From contig CAZXCI010000001.1 in the NCBI GenBank assembly GCA_964639285.1, positions 219,757 to 283,756 on the forward strand: DNA of 64,000 nt, in the 5' to 3' direction. Below the pieces are notes generated by a model. That model did no database searches and was not told the DNA's origin. It was given only the letters and a program-made list of their open reading frames with translations. Each line of letters starts with the position of its first letter. Positions within the stretch are counted from its first letter, which is position 1. Below are positions 9,616-18,632 of this stretch, piece after piece. The translations under genes were made by a program, and so were the position numbers. The DNA is from an uncultured Candidatus Saccharibacteria bacterium (GTDB lineage Bacteria; Patescibacteriota; Minisyncoccia; Phycocordibacterales; XYD1-FULL-46-19).

Positions 9616-10710
9616 TTATAATCCTTCGGATTGCAGATTTTCGATCGCCTCACGGGCTTTCTTAGAAAGTTTCGCCGGGGTTGGGAAAGTGACCCGGATG
9701 AGGAGGTCGCCTCTTCGGCTTGTTCCTCGAATGGGTACACCCTTAGCCTTTACCCGTAAAATTTCGCCATAGGTGAGCCCAGCTGGCACCTTCAAAGTTA
9801 GTTGTCCATCGGGAGTTTCTAATTTATAGTCAGTGCCGAGCAGGGCCTCGGTTAATTTGATTTTGATATCGGTGACGAGATCGTTGCCGTTGCGCCTCCA
9901 AGTTTTGTCTTTATCGACATGAACTTTTATATATAAGTCTCCAGTCTGTCCGCCAGCCACCGCTTCGCCTTGACCGGTAAGACGTATCATCTCCCCCGCA
10001 TCGATTCCTGCCGGAACTTTGACCTCGATGCTCTCTTGTTTGTTCAGAATTCCGGCCCCGTGACAGGGCTGGCATTTTTTCTCAGGTATTTCACCACGGC
10101 CAAGGCAGTCGCTACATTCATGGGTTGATTGGAATACGCCGAAGATTGAGCGTCGAGTCTCATTGACCTTCCCTTTCCCGTCACAAGTGGCACATTTTTT
10201 CATCTGAGAGCCAGCTTCGGCTCCAGAGCCATGACAGTTGTCACATTGACTGACTTTATTAATTAAAATATTTCTCTCAGTGCCAAAAATGGCCTCTTTG
10301 AAACTGATTTGGATATCTACTGATATGTCTCTTCCTCTTTTGACCCGGCTACGCCCGCCACCACCGTTGAACATTTCGCCGAAGATATCGCCTAAGTCGA
10401 ATTCGAAGCCACCATTCCCCGCATTTTGGAAACCAGAAAAATCAAAACCACCCCACGCACCATTCGGTCCATGGTTAGTACCGCCTCCGTGATTGCCGCT
10501 AGCAAAATCACTTCCGAACTGATCATACTGTGCGCGCTTAGTATCGTCAGAGAGGATCTGATAAGCTTCGTTAATTTCTTTAAATTTCGCTTCATCACCG
10601 CCCTGCTTGTCGGGGTGGTATTTATGGGCAAGTTTATGAAAAGCTTTTTTCACCTCTTCCTTAGAGGCCTTTTTTTCCACGCCCAATGTTTTGTAATAGT
10701 CTTTGGCCAT
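9616..10710 (-). CDS. dnaJ: Chaperone DnaJ
   Basis: J-domain YYKTLGV...HKLAHKYHPDK, a Gly-rich linker, and four CxxCxGxG zinc-finger repeats. Confidence 0.9.
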   Translation of the reverse strand: MAKDYYKTLGVEKKASKEEVKKAFHKLAHKYHPDKQGGDEAKFKEINEAYQILSDDTKRAQYDQFGSDFASGNHGGGTNHGPNGAWGGFDFSGFQNAGNGGFEFDLGDIFGEMFNGGGGRSRVKRGRDISVDIQISFKEAIFGTERNILINKVSQCDNCHGSGAEAGSQMKKCATCDGKGKVNETRRSIFGVFQSTHECSDCLGRGEIPEKKCQPCHGAGILNKQESIEVKVPAGIDAGEMIRLTGQGEAVAGGQTGDLYIKVHVDKDKTWRRNGNDLVTDIKIKLTEALLGTDYKLETPDGQLTLKVPAGLTYGEILRVKAKGVPIRGTSRRGDLLIRVTFPTPAKLSKKAREAIENLQSEGL

Positions 10711-10814
10711 CCCGTTAGAAATTCATTAATTTATAAGTAATTTCAGACCTTTTATATTTATCAATAATCGTAATATTTACCCCCGTATTTCTAGATAGTA
10801 AAATTTCTAACGGG
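10711..10814 (-). repeat. Inverted-repeat leader element, copy A (CCCGTTAGAAAT...ATTTCTAACGGG, 104 nt, AT-rich interior); it abuts the dnaJ start codon
   Basis: Terminal inverted repeats of 12-13 nt; the same arms are found at 52178-52264 and 59520-59642. Confidence 0.7.
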
Positions 10815-10829
10815 ACCATGTATCCTTAT

Positions 10830-10857
10830 ATTATACTATGTTTTTTGCTAGGGGCAA
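10830..10857 (-). promoter_or_regulatory. Putative sigma70-type promoter for dnaJ (-35 TTGCCC, 16-nt spacer, -10 TATAAT), directly upstream of element copy A
   Basis: Minus-strand reading of plus 10852-10857 and 10830-10835. Confidence 0.4.
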
Positions 10858-10866
10858 GGGTTATGT

Positions 10867-10895
10867 TTGACAGAATACAGTTTAAAGAGTATAAT
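10867..10895 (+). promoter_or_regulatory. Consensus sigma70 promoter (TTGACA, 17-nt spacer, TATAAT)
   Basis: Exact consensus hexamers at 10867-10872 and 10890-10895. Confidence 0.55.
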
Positions 10896-10948
10896 TAAAG
10901 AGGAGTTTAAAGAGAGTACACCAGTACACCATAGAAAGGAGAAAAGAA

Positions 10949-11326
10949 ATGGTTATACCTTCGTTTCCTAGAGCGAAAAAGAAGACTCCTCGTCAGTGTC
11001 CCTTGTCTTTAATGAGAGGCAAGGCTAAGCAGAATGGCCTTGATCTTGGTGTCCCTGGTGGGGAAAACCACCCCGTTGCCTTTAATGGGATTCCTCGAGA
11101 CATGATTGAGAAAATCGTCGTATTTTGCCACCCGGATAAGACTTTCCAACCTTCTAGAAGTCTGAGGTCTCTCCCCAGGAGAGTGGCCGAAAAGATTGAG
11201 AAATTGGGGCCGGCTTCCATTGGCAGAACCTGCACTTTGTCCGGAACCAAGCTCGTTTTAATTGATGTTTATTCCGGGGAAAGATACTATTTTCTCCCTG
11301 CCAAATTGGTTGACGTCGGGAAATGA
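10949..11326 (+). CDS. Hypothetical protein, 125 aa
   Basis: ORF with a strong Shine-Dalgarno sequence (AAAGGAG), a consensus promoter upstream and a hairpin terminator downstream. Confidence 0.45.
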   Translation: MVIPSFPRAKKKTPRQCPLSLMRGKAKQNGLDLGVPGGENHPVAFNGIPRDMIEKIVVFCHPDKTFQPSRSLRSLPRRVAEKIEKLGPASIGRTCTLSGTKLVLIDVYSGERYYFLPAKLVDVGK

Positions 11327-11348
11327 TGCCAACATGTTTAGTGTCCAG

Positions 11349-11378
11349 CCGTGGCGCGCTTGCGCGCCACGGCTTTTG
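11349..11378 (+). terminator. Intrinsic terminator hairpin (ccgtggcgcgc-tt-gcgcgccacgg) followed by a T-run
   Basis: 11-bp GC stem plus cttttggttt. Confidence 0.5.
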
Positions 11379-11451
11379 GTTTCGAGGTTGGATCTGGCCC
11401 CCACTTCGCTAAAGCTATGAGGGGCAGGTATGCGAGATCCAACCTCGAAAG

Positions 11452-13392
11452 CTATGATTTTGTTTCTGCGTCTCTTACATTACCTTCGTCGGAGTCGGAA
11501 GGGCTGGCATTGTCAGCGGGCTTCGCCTCGCTGGAGCCTTCGGCGGAAGCGGGGGCGGATTGGGCCTTCATTAATGCTTCTCCAATTTTTTGCATTTCGG
11601 CAGAGAGGGCGGCGGTCGCTGTTTTAATCGCCTCAATATCCTCGCCATCCTTTACGCCCTTGAGAGCAGTAATTTTGTCTTCGACTCCCCTTTTGATTTC
11701 TTCGGGAACTTTTTTCTCACCTTCGGGTACGCCATCGGCATCTTTCAAACTTTTTTCGGCAGTATAAATTAATTGATCAGCCATGTTGCGAGTTTCAATT
11801 ACCTCGCGCTTTTTCTTGTCTTCTTCGGCGTGAAGTTCGGCATCTTTTTTCATCTTTTCAATATCTTCTTTAGAAAGACTAGTCTTGGCTTCAATGCGAA
11901 TTGATTGTTCTTTGTTTGTCGCTTTATCCTTAGCTTTGACCGACAATATACCGTTGGCATCAAGGTCGAAGGTAACTTCAACCTGAGGCAAACCCCTTGG
12001 TGATGGCGGGATGCCGTCTAAGATGAAGCGGCCAAGTGTTTTGTTATCAGTTACTAGTTCTCGTTCGCCTTGGACGATATGAATTTCAACAGATGTTTGA
12101 TTGTCGGCGGCGGTCGAGAAAATTTGTGACCGCGAGGTAGGGATTGTCGTGTTGCGTTCAATAATTTTTGTAGCAACTCCACCCATTGTTTCGATACCGA
12201 GAGAAAGTGGGGTGACATCGAGGAGCAGGACATCTTTTACGTCTCCGGCAAAAATTCCTCCTTGGATGGCCGCTCCAATAGCTACGACCTCGTCGGGGTT
12301 AATTGAACGGTTTGGCTCTTTGCCGAAGAGGGTTTTTACGGCTTCTTGTATCGCCGGCATACGAGTCTGGCCCCCAACCATGATAATCTCATTAATATCG
12401 CCTACTGCGAGCCCAGAGGCTGTCATAGCACGCTTGGTGATCTCAATCGACTTATCGATAAACTCACGGGCAAGATCCTCTAATGTTGCCCGAGTCATGC
12501 TCATATTGAGGTGGACAGGGCCAGAGGCATCGGAGGTAATAAATGGGATGTTGATCTCGGTTTGATTCATTGTTGAGAGTTCATGTTTGGCTTTCTCGGC
12601 GGCTTCTTTCAAGCGTTGAAGGGCGAGTTCGTCTTTGGTGATATCAATACCATTTTGCTTTTTGAACTCATTACCAATCCAGGCAATGATTTTTTGATCA
12701 ATGTCTTCTCCACCCATATGTGAGTCACCATCGGTAGATTTAACGGAGATACTTTGCTCCTCCTCGCCCCCAATGATTTCGAGAACTGAGACGTCGAAAG
12801 TTCCTCCGCCAAAATCGTAGACAACAACCTTTTCGTCTTTTTTCTTATCAAGACCATAAGCCAAAGCGGCGGCTGTCGGTTCGTTGATAATTCGACGAAC
12901 CTTAAAGCCGGCAATTTCGCCAGCATCTTTTGTTGCCTTGCGTTGAGAGTCGTCGAAGTAGGCGGGCACCGTGATAACAGCCTCTTCAATCTTTTCCCCA
13001 AGCTTGGCCTCAGCATCGTGTTTTAATTTTTGGAGAATTTGAGCCGAGATTTCTTCTGGTCGGAAGTTTTTGTCTCCCATTTTGACCTGGACACCACCGT
13101 CTGATGACTGCTCCATGGTGAAGGAAACAAGCCCCTTATCTTTTTGGATATTGGGATCGTTGAATTTGTGACCCATTAAGCGCTTCACACCAAAAATTGT
13201 GTTCTTTGGGTTAGTGATAGCTTGGCGTTTAGCCAATTGACCCACTAAGCGCTCACCCGCTTTAGAAGTTGCCACAATCGATGGGGTCGTGCGCATACCC
13301 TCGACGTTTTCGACGATACGAGGAGAACCGCCCTCAACAACAGCCATCGCTGAGTTTGCTGTACCTAGATCAATTCCTAAAATTTTTGCCAT
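11452..13392 (-). CDS. dnaK: Chaperone DnaK (Hsp70)
   Basis: [18 protein letters not shown]..., full-length Hsp70. Confidence 0.95.
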   Translation of the reverse strand: MAKILGIDLGTANSAMAVVEGGSPRIVENVEGMRTTPSIVATSKAGERLVGQLAKRQAITNPKNTIFGVKRLMGHKFNDPNIQKDKGLVSFTMEQSSDGGVQVKMGDKNFRPEEISAQILQKLKHDAEAKLGEKIEEAVITVPAYFDDSQRKATKDAGEIAGFKVRRIINEPTAAALAYGLDKKKDEKVVVYDFGGGTFDVSVLEIIGGEEEQSISVKSTDGDSHMGGEDIDQKIIAWIGNEFKKQNGIDITKDELALQRLKEAAEKAKHELSTMNQTEINIPFITSDASGPVHLNMSMTRATLEDLAREFIDKSIEITKRAMTASGLAVGDINEIIMVGGQTRMPAIQEAVKTLFGKEPNRSINPDEVVAIGAAIQGGIFAGDVKDVLLLDVTPLSLGIETMGGVATKIIERNTTIPTSRSQIFSTAADNQTSVEIHIVQGERELVTDNKTLGRFILDGIPPSPRGLPQVEVTFDLDANGILSVKAKDKATNKEQSIRIEAKTSLSKEDIEKMKKDAELHAEEDKKKREVIETRNMADQLIYTAEKSLKDADGVPEGEKKVPEEIKRGVEDKITALKGVKDGEDIEAIKTATAALSAEMQKIGEALMKAQSAPASAEGSSEAKPADNASPSDSDEGNVRDAETKS

Positions 13393-13405
13393 ATTGTTTT
13401 TTATC

Positions 13406-13978
13406 TTAATTCTTGTAATGTTTAACTTTTACACTAGCCGGACGAACAATTTTTCCATGTAATTTGTAGCCTTTTTTAATAATCTCAGAAATCTCGTCAT
13501 CCTCCGCTTCTTTTTTAGTCTCAATTGTTCCTAGCGGTTCTTGCTCGGTGGGATCAAACTTATCGCCAGGGCTGGGATTTATTTCTTCGACCCCATGGTC
13601 ACGGAAGATGGTTTGCAGTTGGTTGTAAATGTATTCAATTCCTTTCCGCCAGTTCTCTGGAGCCTGTTCCCAGGCTTCTTTGTTACCGAAGGCCATTTCG
13701 AAACTGTCCGCGATAGCGAAGAGGTCTGAGAGGACCCCTTCTTTGGCCCATTTGCCAATTTCGTGCCGATTCGTCTCGTTTTCTTTTCTGAGGTTTAAGT
13801 AATCAGCCTTGGATCGTTGCCAGCCGTCTAGGTATTCTGAGCGTTCACTCTGGCAGGTTTTAAGCTCTTCTTTTACCTTTTTTAATTTTTCACTCATTTC
13901 GACCGCTTCTGGGGCTCTATCCTCGGTATTTTCTACAAAATCAAAATCCTCTTCGTCTTTAGTTATATTTTTAGCCAT
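13406..13978 (-). CDS. grpE: Nucleotide exchange factor GrpE
   Basis: Immediately upstream of dnaK on the same strand; acidic N-terminus and a GrpE-like C-terminus. Confidence 0.8.
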   Translation of the reverse strand: MAKNITKDEEDFDFVENTEDRAPEAVEMSEKLKKVKEELKTCQSERSEYLDGWQRSKADYLNLRKENETNRHEIGKWAKEGVLSDLFAIADSFEMAFGNKEAWEQAPENWRKGIEYIYNQLQTIFRDHGVEEINPSPGDKFDPTEQEPLGTIETKKEAEDDEISEIIKKGYKLHGKIVRPASVKVKHYKN

Positions 13979-14050
13979 ATTTTAGTGATTTTTAAGAATT
14001 GTTGACTTTTCTTATTCTTGATAATAACAAAAATATTATTTTAATCAATA

Positions 14051-14088
14051 TGTGCGATATCCAATCTCGCACAATAAGGATATTTTAG
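14051..14088. repeat. REP-like palindrome tgtgcga-tatccaatc-tcgcaca plus a conserved tail ataaggatattttag
   Basis: Same unit, with the loop flipped, at 49101-49138; flanks the RAYT gene. Confidence 0.7.
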
Positions 14089-14769
14089 CTATTCTATCCA
14101 CAGATTTGTATAGTTTATAGAGCTGGCTTCTTTTAACCATTCACCTATTTCTTTTTCAAGTTCTTGGGGTGATCTGAGGTAGTCAATTAGTTGATCTTTG
14201 TCTATAATGCTGGCAAAATTGTTGTAGCCTAAGTAATCGCGAAGACTCGACCATTCGTATGATTTTAAGAAGTCTAAAAGACGACTTTTGTCTACAATTT
14301 CTTTTTCTTTCCAGCGGGCTTCAATAAGTTCGGCAGGATTAAAATGGATGTAAAAAGGAATATAATTTAATTGTTCTTCGTTTTCAATTCTAACAAATTT
14401 GTATTTACCTTGGAACAAAGTTCCTGATCTTTCGTTTTTAATATTGAAATAGTGAGTATAGCCAATCCCGATTTTTTTCATAAATTCCGAAGCCCCGTCT
14501 TTGACCAACGGTTTAATTAGGAGGTGGTAATGGTTAGGCATTAAAACAAAAGCCAGGATCTCTACAAGTTTTTCTCGTTGATCTTCTGTTTTTGTGCGAG
14601 ATTGGATATCGCACAAACGATCAATATTTTTTGTTTGATTGACGTCGTTAAAATAATAAAGACAAGCCAAAAAACGACGCCTATCATTGTCGCAACTAAA
14701 TATCTCCCGTTTATCTACCCCGCGGTTGTAGATGTGGTAAATATAGTCCTCCGTCGGCTTTTCTCTCAT
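14089..14769 (-). mobile_element. REP-associated tyrosine transposase (RAYT), an IS200-like Y1 HUH transposase
   Basis: HUH motif LMPNHYHLLI and catalytic Tyr motif FYIHFNP; flanked on both sides by REP palindromes. Confidence 0.75.
14593..14615. repeat. REP palindrome copy (tgtgcga-gattggata-tcgcaca) inside the RAYT coding sequence, translated as ...DRLCDIQSRTK...
   Basis: Identical 7-nt stems and the same 9-nt loop as the uvrC copy. Confidence 0.6.
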
Positions 14770-14800
14770 GTTGTGGATATCTTACCATAAAAACCTTTAT

Positions 14801-14850
14801 TGTGCGATATCCAACCTGCCCGAAATGCCTAGGCAGGCGGGTCTCGCACA
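14801..14850. repeat. REP palindrome (tgtgcga...tcgcaca) carrying a nested 27-nt GC-rich element (cctgcccgaaatgcctaggcaggcggg) in its loop
   Basis: REP stems at 14801-14807 and 14844-14850; the nested element at 14815-14841 belongs to the cctgcc/ggcagg family. Confidence 0.6.
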
Positions 14851-14860
14851 ATCACAAATA

Positions 14861-14896
14861 CCAAAATCGCCCGGCTGACAAACAGACTAGGCGATT
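14861..14896 (-). terminator. Intrinsic terminator downstream of rpsI (aaaatcgcc...ggcgatttt)
   Basis: 9-bp stem with flanking A/T runs. Confidence 0.5.
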
Positions 14897-14913
14897 TTGA
14901 AGCACAAGGATAG

Positions 14914-15321
14914 TTAACGTTTAGACCACTGAGGAGCCTTACGAGCCTTTTTAAGGCCAAATTTGCGACGTTCTTTGGCACGGGCGTCACGGGTCATCAT
15001 CCCCTCTTTCTTCATCTCTGGCTTAACCTCTGGCTTCATGGTAACAATGGCGCGACCAAGACCCATGATAACGGCGTCGGTCTGGCCACTGATGCCACCT
15101 CCTATTGAGTGGACGGTGACGGCGAAAGAGCCGTGTTCGCCAATTTTGGCCAGAGCCTTCTTAACTCGTTCGCGCATTTCAACAGTTGGGAAATAGGCAT
15201 CGAGAGTTTTGTCATTAATCTCAAAACTATCTTTGTTCGCTTTGGTAATGCGAACACGAGCTGACGCTGTCTTGCGTCGCCCAACTCCTTCAAAATATCT
15301 TTCTTTAGTAGCGGTTGTCAT
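14914..15321 (-). CDS. rpsI: 30S ribosomal protein S9
   Basis: GRRKTASARV...GGGISGQ...KAPQWSKR. Confidence 0.9.
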   Translation of the reverse strand: MTTATKERYFEGVGRRKTASARVRITKANKDSFEINDKTLDAYFPTVEMRERVKKALAKIGEHGSFAVTVHSIGGGISGQTDAVIMGLGRAIVTMKPEVKPEMKKEGMMTRDARAKERRKFGLKKARKAPQWSKR

Positions 15322-15330
15322 ATTTATTAA

Positions 15331-15705
15331 CTATTCGGTAATTATTAAATTCTTTATCATTACTGCGCGCAAACGATTAGCCGGGAGCATTCCGTAAACA
15401 GCTTTCTTGATTGGTTCAGCCCACCCCTTTTTTTCTACAAGACGGGATAAAGGTGTTCTGCGCAAACCGCTTGGGTGGCCAGTATAATGAGTATAGATCT
15501 TGTCATCCATTTTCTTCTGGGTAACCTTGAGCTTGCTGGCATTGATGACCTTAACGATAACTTGGGGGGCAATGTTCTTGGCAAAACTGGTTGTGTCTTT
15601 ACCGCGCAAAGCATTAGCCGCTTGAGTGGCAACTCGGCCCAGGGCTTGTCCGGTAGCGTCAATAGTATATTCCTTTTTTTCTGTTTGGGTATTCATATTA
15701 AACAA
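15331..15705 (-). CDS. rplM: 50S ribosomal protein L13 (the alternative start at 15696 would avoid overlap with rplQ)
   Basis: L13-like sequence, immediately upstream of rpsI. Confidence 0.85.
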   Translation of the reverse strand: MFNMNTQTEKKEYTIDATGQALGRVATQAANALRGKDTTSFAKNIAPQVIVKVINASKLKVTQKKMDDKIYTHYTGHPSGLRRTPLSRLVEKKGWAEPIKKAVYGMLPANRLRAVMIKNLIITE

Positions 15706-16051
15706 ATTCGATTACAGCCATTGGACTGCCATCACTGATGCGTCGTCCAAGTTTGGTAATACGGGTATAGCCACCATGTCGCTCGTTGAAACGAGGACCT
15801 AATTCGGCAAACAATTTAACGATAACCTTTTTGTCTTGACCAATTTTCTCAATAACAGTTCGGCGATTGGCAAGGGTATCTTTTTTTGCTTTGGTCACCA
15901 ATTTCTCCACGTAAGGGCGGATTTCTTTGGCCTTAGGTTCAGTCGTTGTGATTTTTTCTCTTAAAATTAGATTGCTTGCCAAAGAACGCACTAAAGCGGT
16001 GCGGACTTTCTTAACGCGGTTGAATTTTCGGCCTTTTACTTGGTGACGCAT
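15698..16051 (-). CDS. rplQ: 50S ribosomal protein L17
   Basis: MRHQVKGRKFNR... Confidence 0.9.
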   Translation of the reverse strand: MRHQVKGRKFNRVKKVRTALVRSLASNLILREKITTTEPKAKEIRPYVEKLVTKAKKDTLANRRTVIEKIGQDKKVIVKLFAELGPRFNERHGGYTRITKLGRRISDGSPMAVIEFV

Positions 16052-16057
16052 AATAAT

Positions 16058-17011
16058 TTATTTGAGGCTTAGACCATAATCTTCTAACACTTTTTTGATT
16101 TCTTGTAAACCTTTTTCACCCAAACCTTCGATCTCTTTGACATCGGACTCCCTCTTTCGTCCTAAGCCGCCAACTGTTCTAATACTGGCATTGGCCAGAG
16201 CCTTTTGGGTTCGGACAGAGAGCCCAAGGTCCTCGATTTTGGTTTTAAGGGCATCAGTCTCTTCTTCACGTTCGGTATCGTCAACCTCGGTTTTCTTGGG
16301 TTTCTCGTTCTCAACTTCTTCTTTAAAGCCGACAATAGCTTTGAGCTGTTCAATCATAATATAGATACTTCTCTCGAGGGCTTCTCGTGGAGAGACGGTC
16401 CCGTCAGTTTCGATGTGAAGAATTAATTTGTTGAAGTCAGTACGATCACCAACGCGCATGTTCTCAACCTCGTAATTGGCTTTCTTAATAGGGGTGAAAG
16501 CAGCATCGAGAACGATGGCTCCAATCTCCACCTTATCCTTCTTTAGGTTTTCGCTGGGAATATATCCGATACCTTTCTCGATAGTGAATTCTCCTTCGAG
16601 AGTTATATTTTTGTCAGTAAGGCTGGCAATGTATTGATCGGGATTAATAACCTTAACTTGGCCTGGAACTTGGAGATCACGAGCGGTTGCCTCTTTGCCT
16701 CCTTTAAAATGGAATTTAACAACCTGACTCTCGTCGCCAACAACCTGGAATCTAATTTTTTTTAAATTTAGGATGACGTTGATTGCGTCTTCTTTAACCC
16801 CAGCAATAGATGAAAACTCGTGATTGACCCCCTCAATTTTGAGTGAAGTGATGGCCCAGCCAGGCAAAGAGGAAAGAATAATTCGGCGCAAAGAATTGCC
16901 TAGGGTGTGACCATAGCCGGGGTAGAAACCCTCTATCTCATAAACACCGCTGGTGGCAGTTTCGCTAACGACACGAGGCTTAGATGGAAAAATAATATTG
17001 GAATTTATCAT
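16058..17011 (-). CDS. rpoA: DNA-directed RNA polymerase alpha subunit
   Basis: GYGHTLGNSLRRI and a C-terminal domain (CTD). Confidence 0.9.
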   Translation of the reverse strand: MINSNIIFPSKPRVVSETATSGVYEIEGFYPGYGHTLGNSLRRIILSSLPGWAITSLKIEGVNHEFSSIAGVKEDAINVILNLKKIRFQVVGDESQVVKFHFKGGKEATARDLQVPGQVKVINPDQYIASLTDKNITLEGEFTIEKGIGYIPSENLKKDKVEIGAIVLDAAFTPIKKANYEVENMRVGDRTDFNKLILHIETDGTVSPREALERSIYIMIEQLKAIVGFKEEVENEKPKKTEVDDTEREEETDALKTKIEDLGLSVRTQKALANASIRTVGGLGRKRESDVKEIEGLGEKGLQEIKKVLEDYGLSLK

Positions 17012-17059
17012 AAATGTTTATTCAAATAAATGACCTATTGGTAATATGGATAAACTTTT

Positions 17060-17674
17060 CTAACGACTATAGAACTCTAAAATTGAACTAAAATCGATAC
17101 TTGCCTCGTTTTGACCCCTAACTGGTTCGCCTTTGACAGCGCCGGTTGAGGTTTCGACATCAAACGAGAGCCACTCCGGAGTCTGATGACCCCGAACTTT
17201 TTCGCCGAGATTGGCAAAAATTCCTTTGTTTTGACTAGCCGGGCGAATTTTTACAGTATCCCCAGCTTTTAATAGGATTGACGGGACGCGGACCTTCTTG
17301 TTGTTGACAAGGAAGTGTCCATGAGAGACAGCCTGGCGGGAAGCTTGGCGAGAGGTAGTTAAGCCAAGACGATAGACAATGTTATCAAGACGAGACTCAA
17401 GTTTTTTGAAAAGGAGGTCGACGTGATCACTTCCTCGTTTAGTGCGGATGGTTTGGACATAATTGCTAAATTGTTTTTCTGTTAATCCGTAAGTGTAACG
17501 GGCTTTCTGTTTCTCTTGGAGCTGAAGTGAGTATTCAGAAGGAGCTCGCTTCGGGTGCTTACCTCCACGTCGGACTTTGTCGGTTCCCGAAATAGCAAAT
17601 CTCGGTCCCTGGCATTTACCAAACACTTGATCTCCAACACGACGACAAATTTTAAATTTTGGTCCTAATTTCAT
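17060..17674 (-). CDS. rpsD: 30S ribosomal protein S4
   Basis: MKLGPKFKICRRVG... Confidence 0.9.
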   Translation of the reverse strand: MKLGPKFKICRRVGDQVFGKCQGPRFAISGTDKVRRGGKHPKRAPSEYSLQLQEKQKARYTYGLTEKQFSNYVQTIRTKRGSDHVDLLFKKLESRLDNIVYRLGLTTSRQASRQAVSHGHFLVNNKKVRVPSILLKAGDTVKIRPASQNKGIFANLGEKVRGHQTPEWLSFDVETSTGAVKGEPVRGQNEASIDFSSILEFYSR

Positions 17675-17680
17675 AATTTT

Positions 17681-18109
17681 TTATACTCGTCTCGGCTTAG
17701 GCGCCTTAGGTCCATTGAAAGGTACTGGCGTCTTATCCTTGATTGATAAAATATTAACCCCTTTGGCCGCAATGGCGCGCATGGCCCCTTCTCGTCCGGC
17801 TCCAACTCCGCGGATGATGACATCAATTTCTTTAACTCCCATGGCCATAGCTTTCTCGGCAATCAATTCTCCAACCTTACTAGCCGCAAACGGAGTTCCC
17901 TTTTTGGAACCAGAATAACCAAGAGACCCGCTTGAAGACCAAACAAGGGCCCCACCAGAACCGTCGGTTAAGTTCAATTTAGTATTGTTGTAAGTTGCCT
18001 CAATGTGAAGAGTGGCTCGTTCGAGTTTCTTTTTGGGTACGCGAGAACTCCCGGCTGTTTTGCCGGAAGAAGTTTGCCCTGATTTCTTTATAATTCTTTT
18101 CTTTCCCAT
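17681..18109 (-). CDS. rpsK: 30S ribosomal protein S11
   Basis: ATLHIEATYNNTKLNLTD... Confidence 0.9.
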   Translation of the reverse strand: MGKKRIIKKSGQTSSGKTAGSSRVPKKKLERATLHIEATYNNTKLNLTDGSGGALVWSSSGSLGYSGSKKGTPFAASKVGELIAEKAMAMGVKEIDVIIRGVGAGREGAMRAIAAKGVNILSIKDKTPVPFNGPKAPKPRRV

Positions 18110-18117
18110 TTTATTTG

Positions 18118-18498
18118 CTATTTCTTCTCAACTTTACGCTTTCCTGAACCCATCGTCTTCCTTACATTACCACGGCGAGTGCGGGAATTGGTCTTAGTAC
18201 GCTGGCCTCTTGAGGGGAGACTTCGTGTGTGTCTTGATCCGCGATAGCTTTTAATATCTTTTAGACGTTTAATATTGCCAGAAATTTCTCGCTTAAGATC
18301 GCCTTCAATCTTATACTTTTCAAGGGCCTTGCGGATTTTGTTTTCCTCTTCAGGCTTAAGATCTGCGCTTTTTTTTGAAGCATTAACTTTCGCTTCAGCG
18401 AGGATTTTTCTTGAACGAACAAGACCTACGCCATAAATTGCTGTTAGGGCATACTCCAAGCGCTTATTATCGGGAATGTTAATACCTACAATACGCAT
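18118..18498 (-). CDS. rpsM: 30S ribosomal protein S13
   Basis: MRIVGINIPDNKRLEYALTAIYGVG. Confidence 0.9.
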   Translation of the reverse strand: MRIVGINIPDNKRLEYALTAIYGVGLVRSRKILAEAKVNASKKSADLKPEEENKIRKALEKYKIEGDLKREISGNIKRLKDIKSYRGSRHTRSLPSRGQRTKTNSRTRRGNVRKTMGSGKRKVEKK

Positions 18499-18500
18499 GG

Positions 18501-18617
18501 CTAGGCTTGTTTTTGCTTGTGGCGTGGCTTATTAGGGCAAATAATATAAAGATGGCCACGGCGTTTGACCATTTTGCACTTAGCACATCTTTTTTTGATT
18601 GTTGATCTAATTTTCAT
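18501..18617 (-). CDS. rpmJ: 50S ribosomal protein L36 (38 aa; below the ORF-track length cutoff)
   Basis: Translates to MKIRSTIKKRCAKCKMVKRRGHLYIICPNKPRHKQKQA, which carries the L36 zinc-ribbon pattern; lies between infA and rpsM as expected. Confidence 0.8.
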   Translation of the reverse strand: MKIRSTIKKRCAKCKMVKRRGHLYIICPNKPRHKQKQA

Positions 18618-18632
18618 AAAAAATCGACTGAA

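Noticed and set aside
12101-13016. Plus-strand 154-aa and minus-strand 135-aa ORFs overlapping dnaK
   Set aside because: They lie entirely within dnaK in other frames or on the other strand; dnaK is unambiguous
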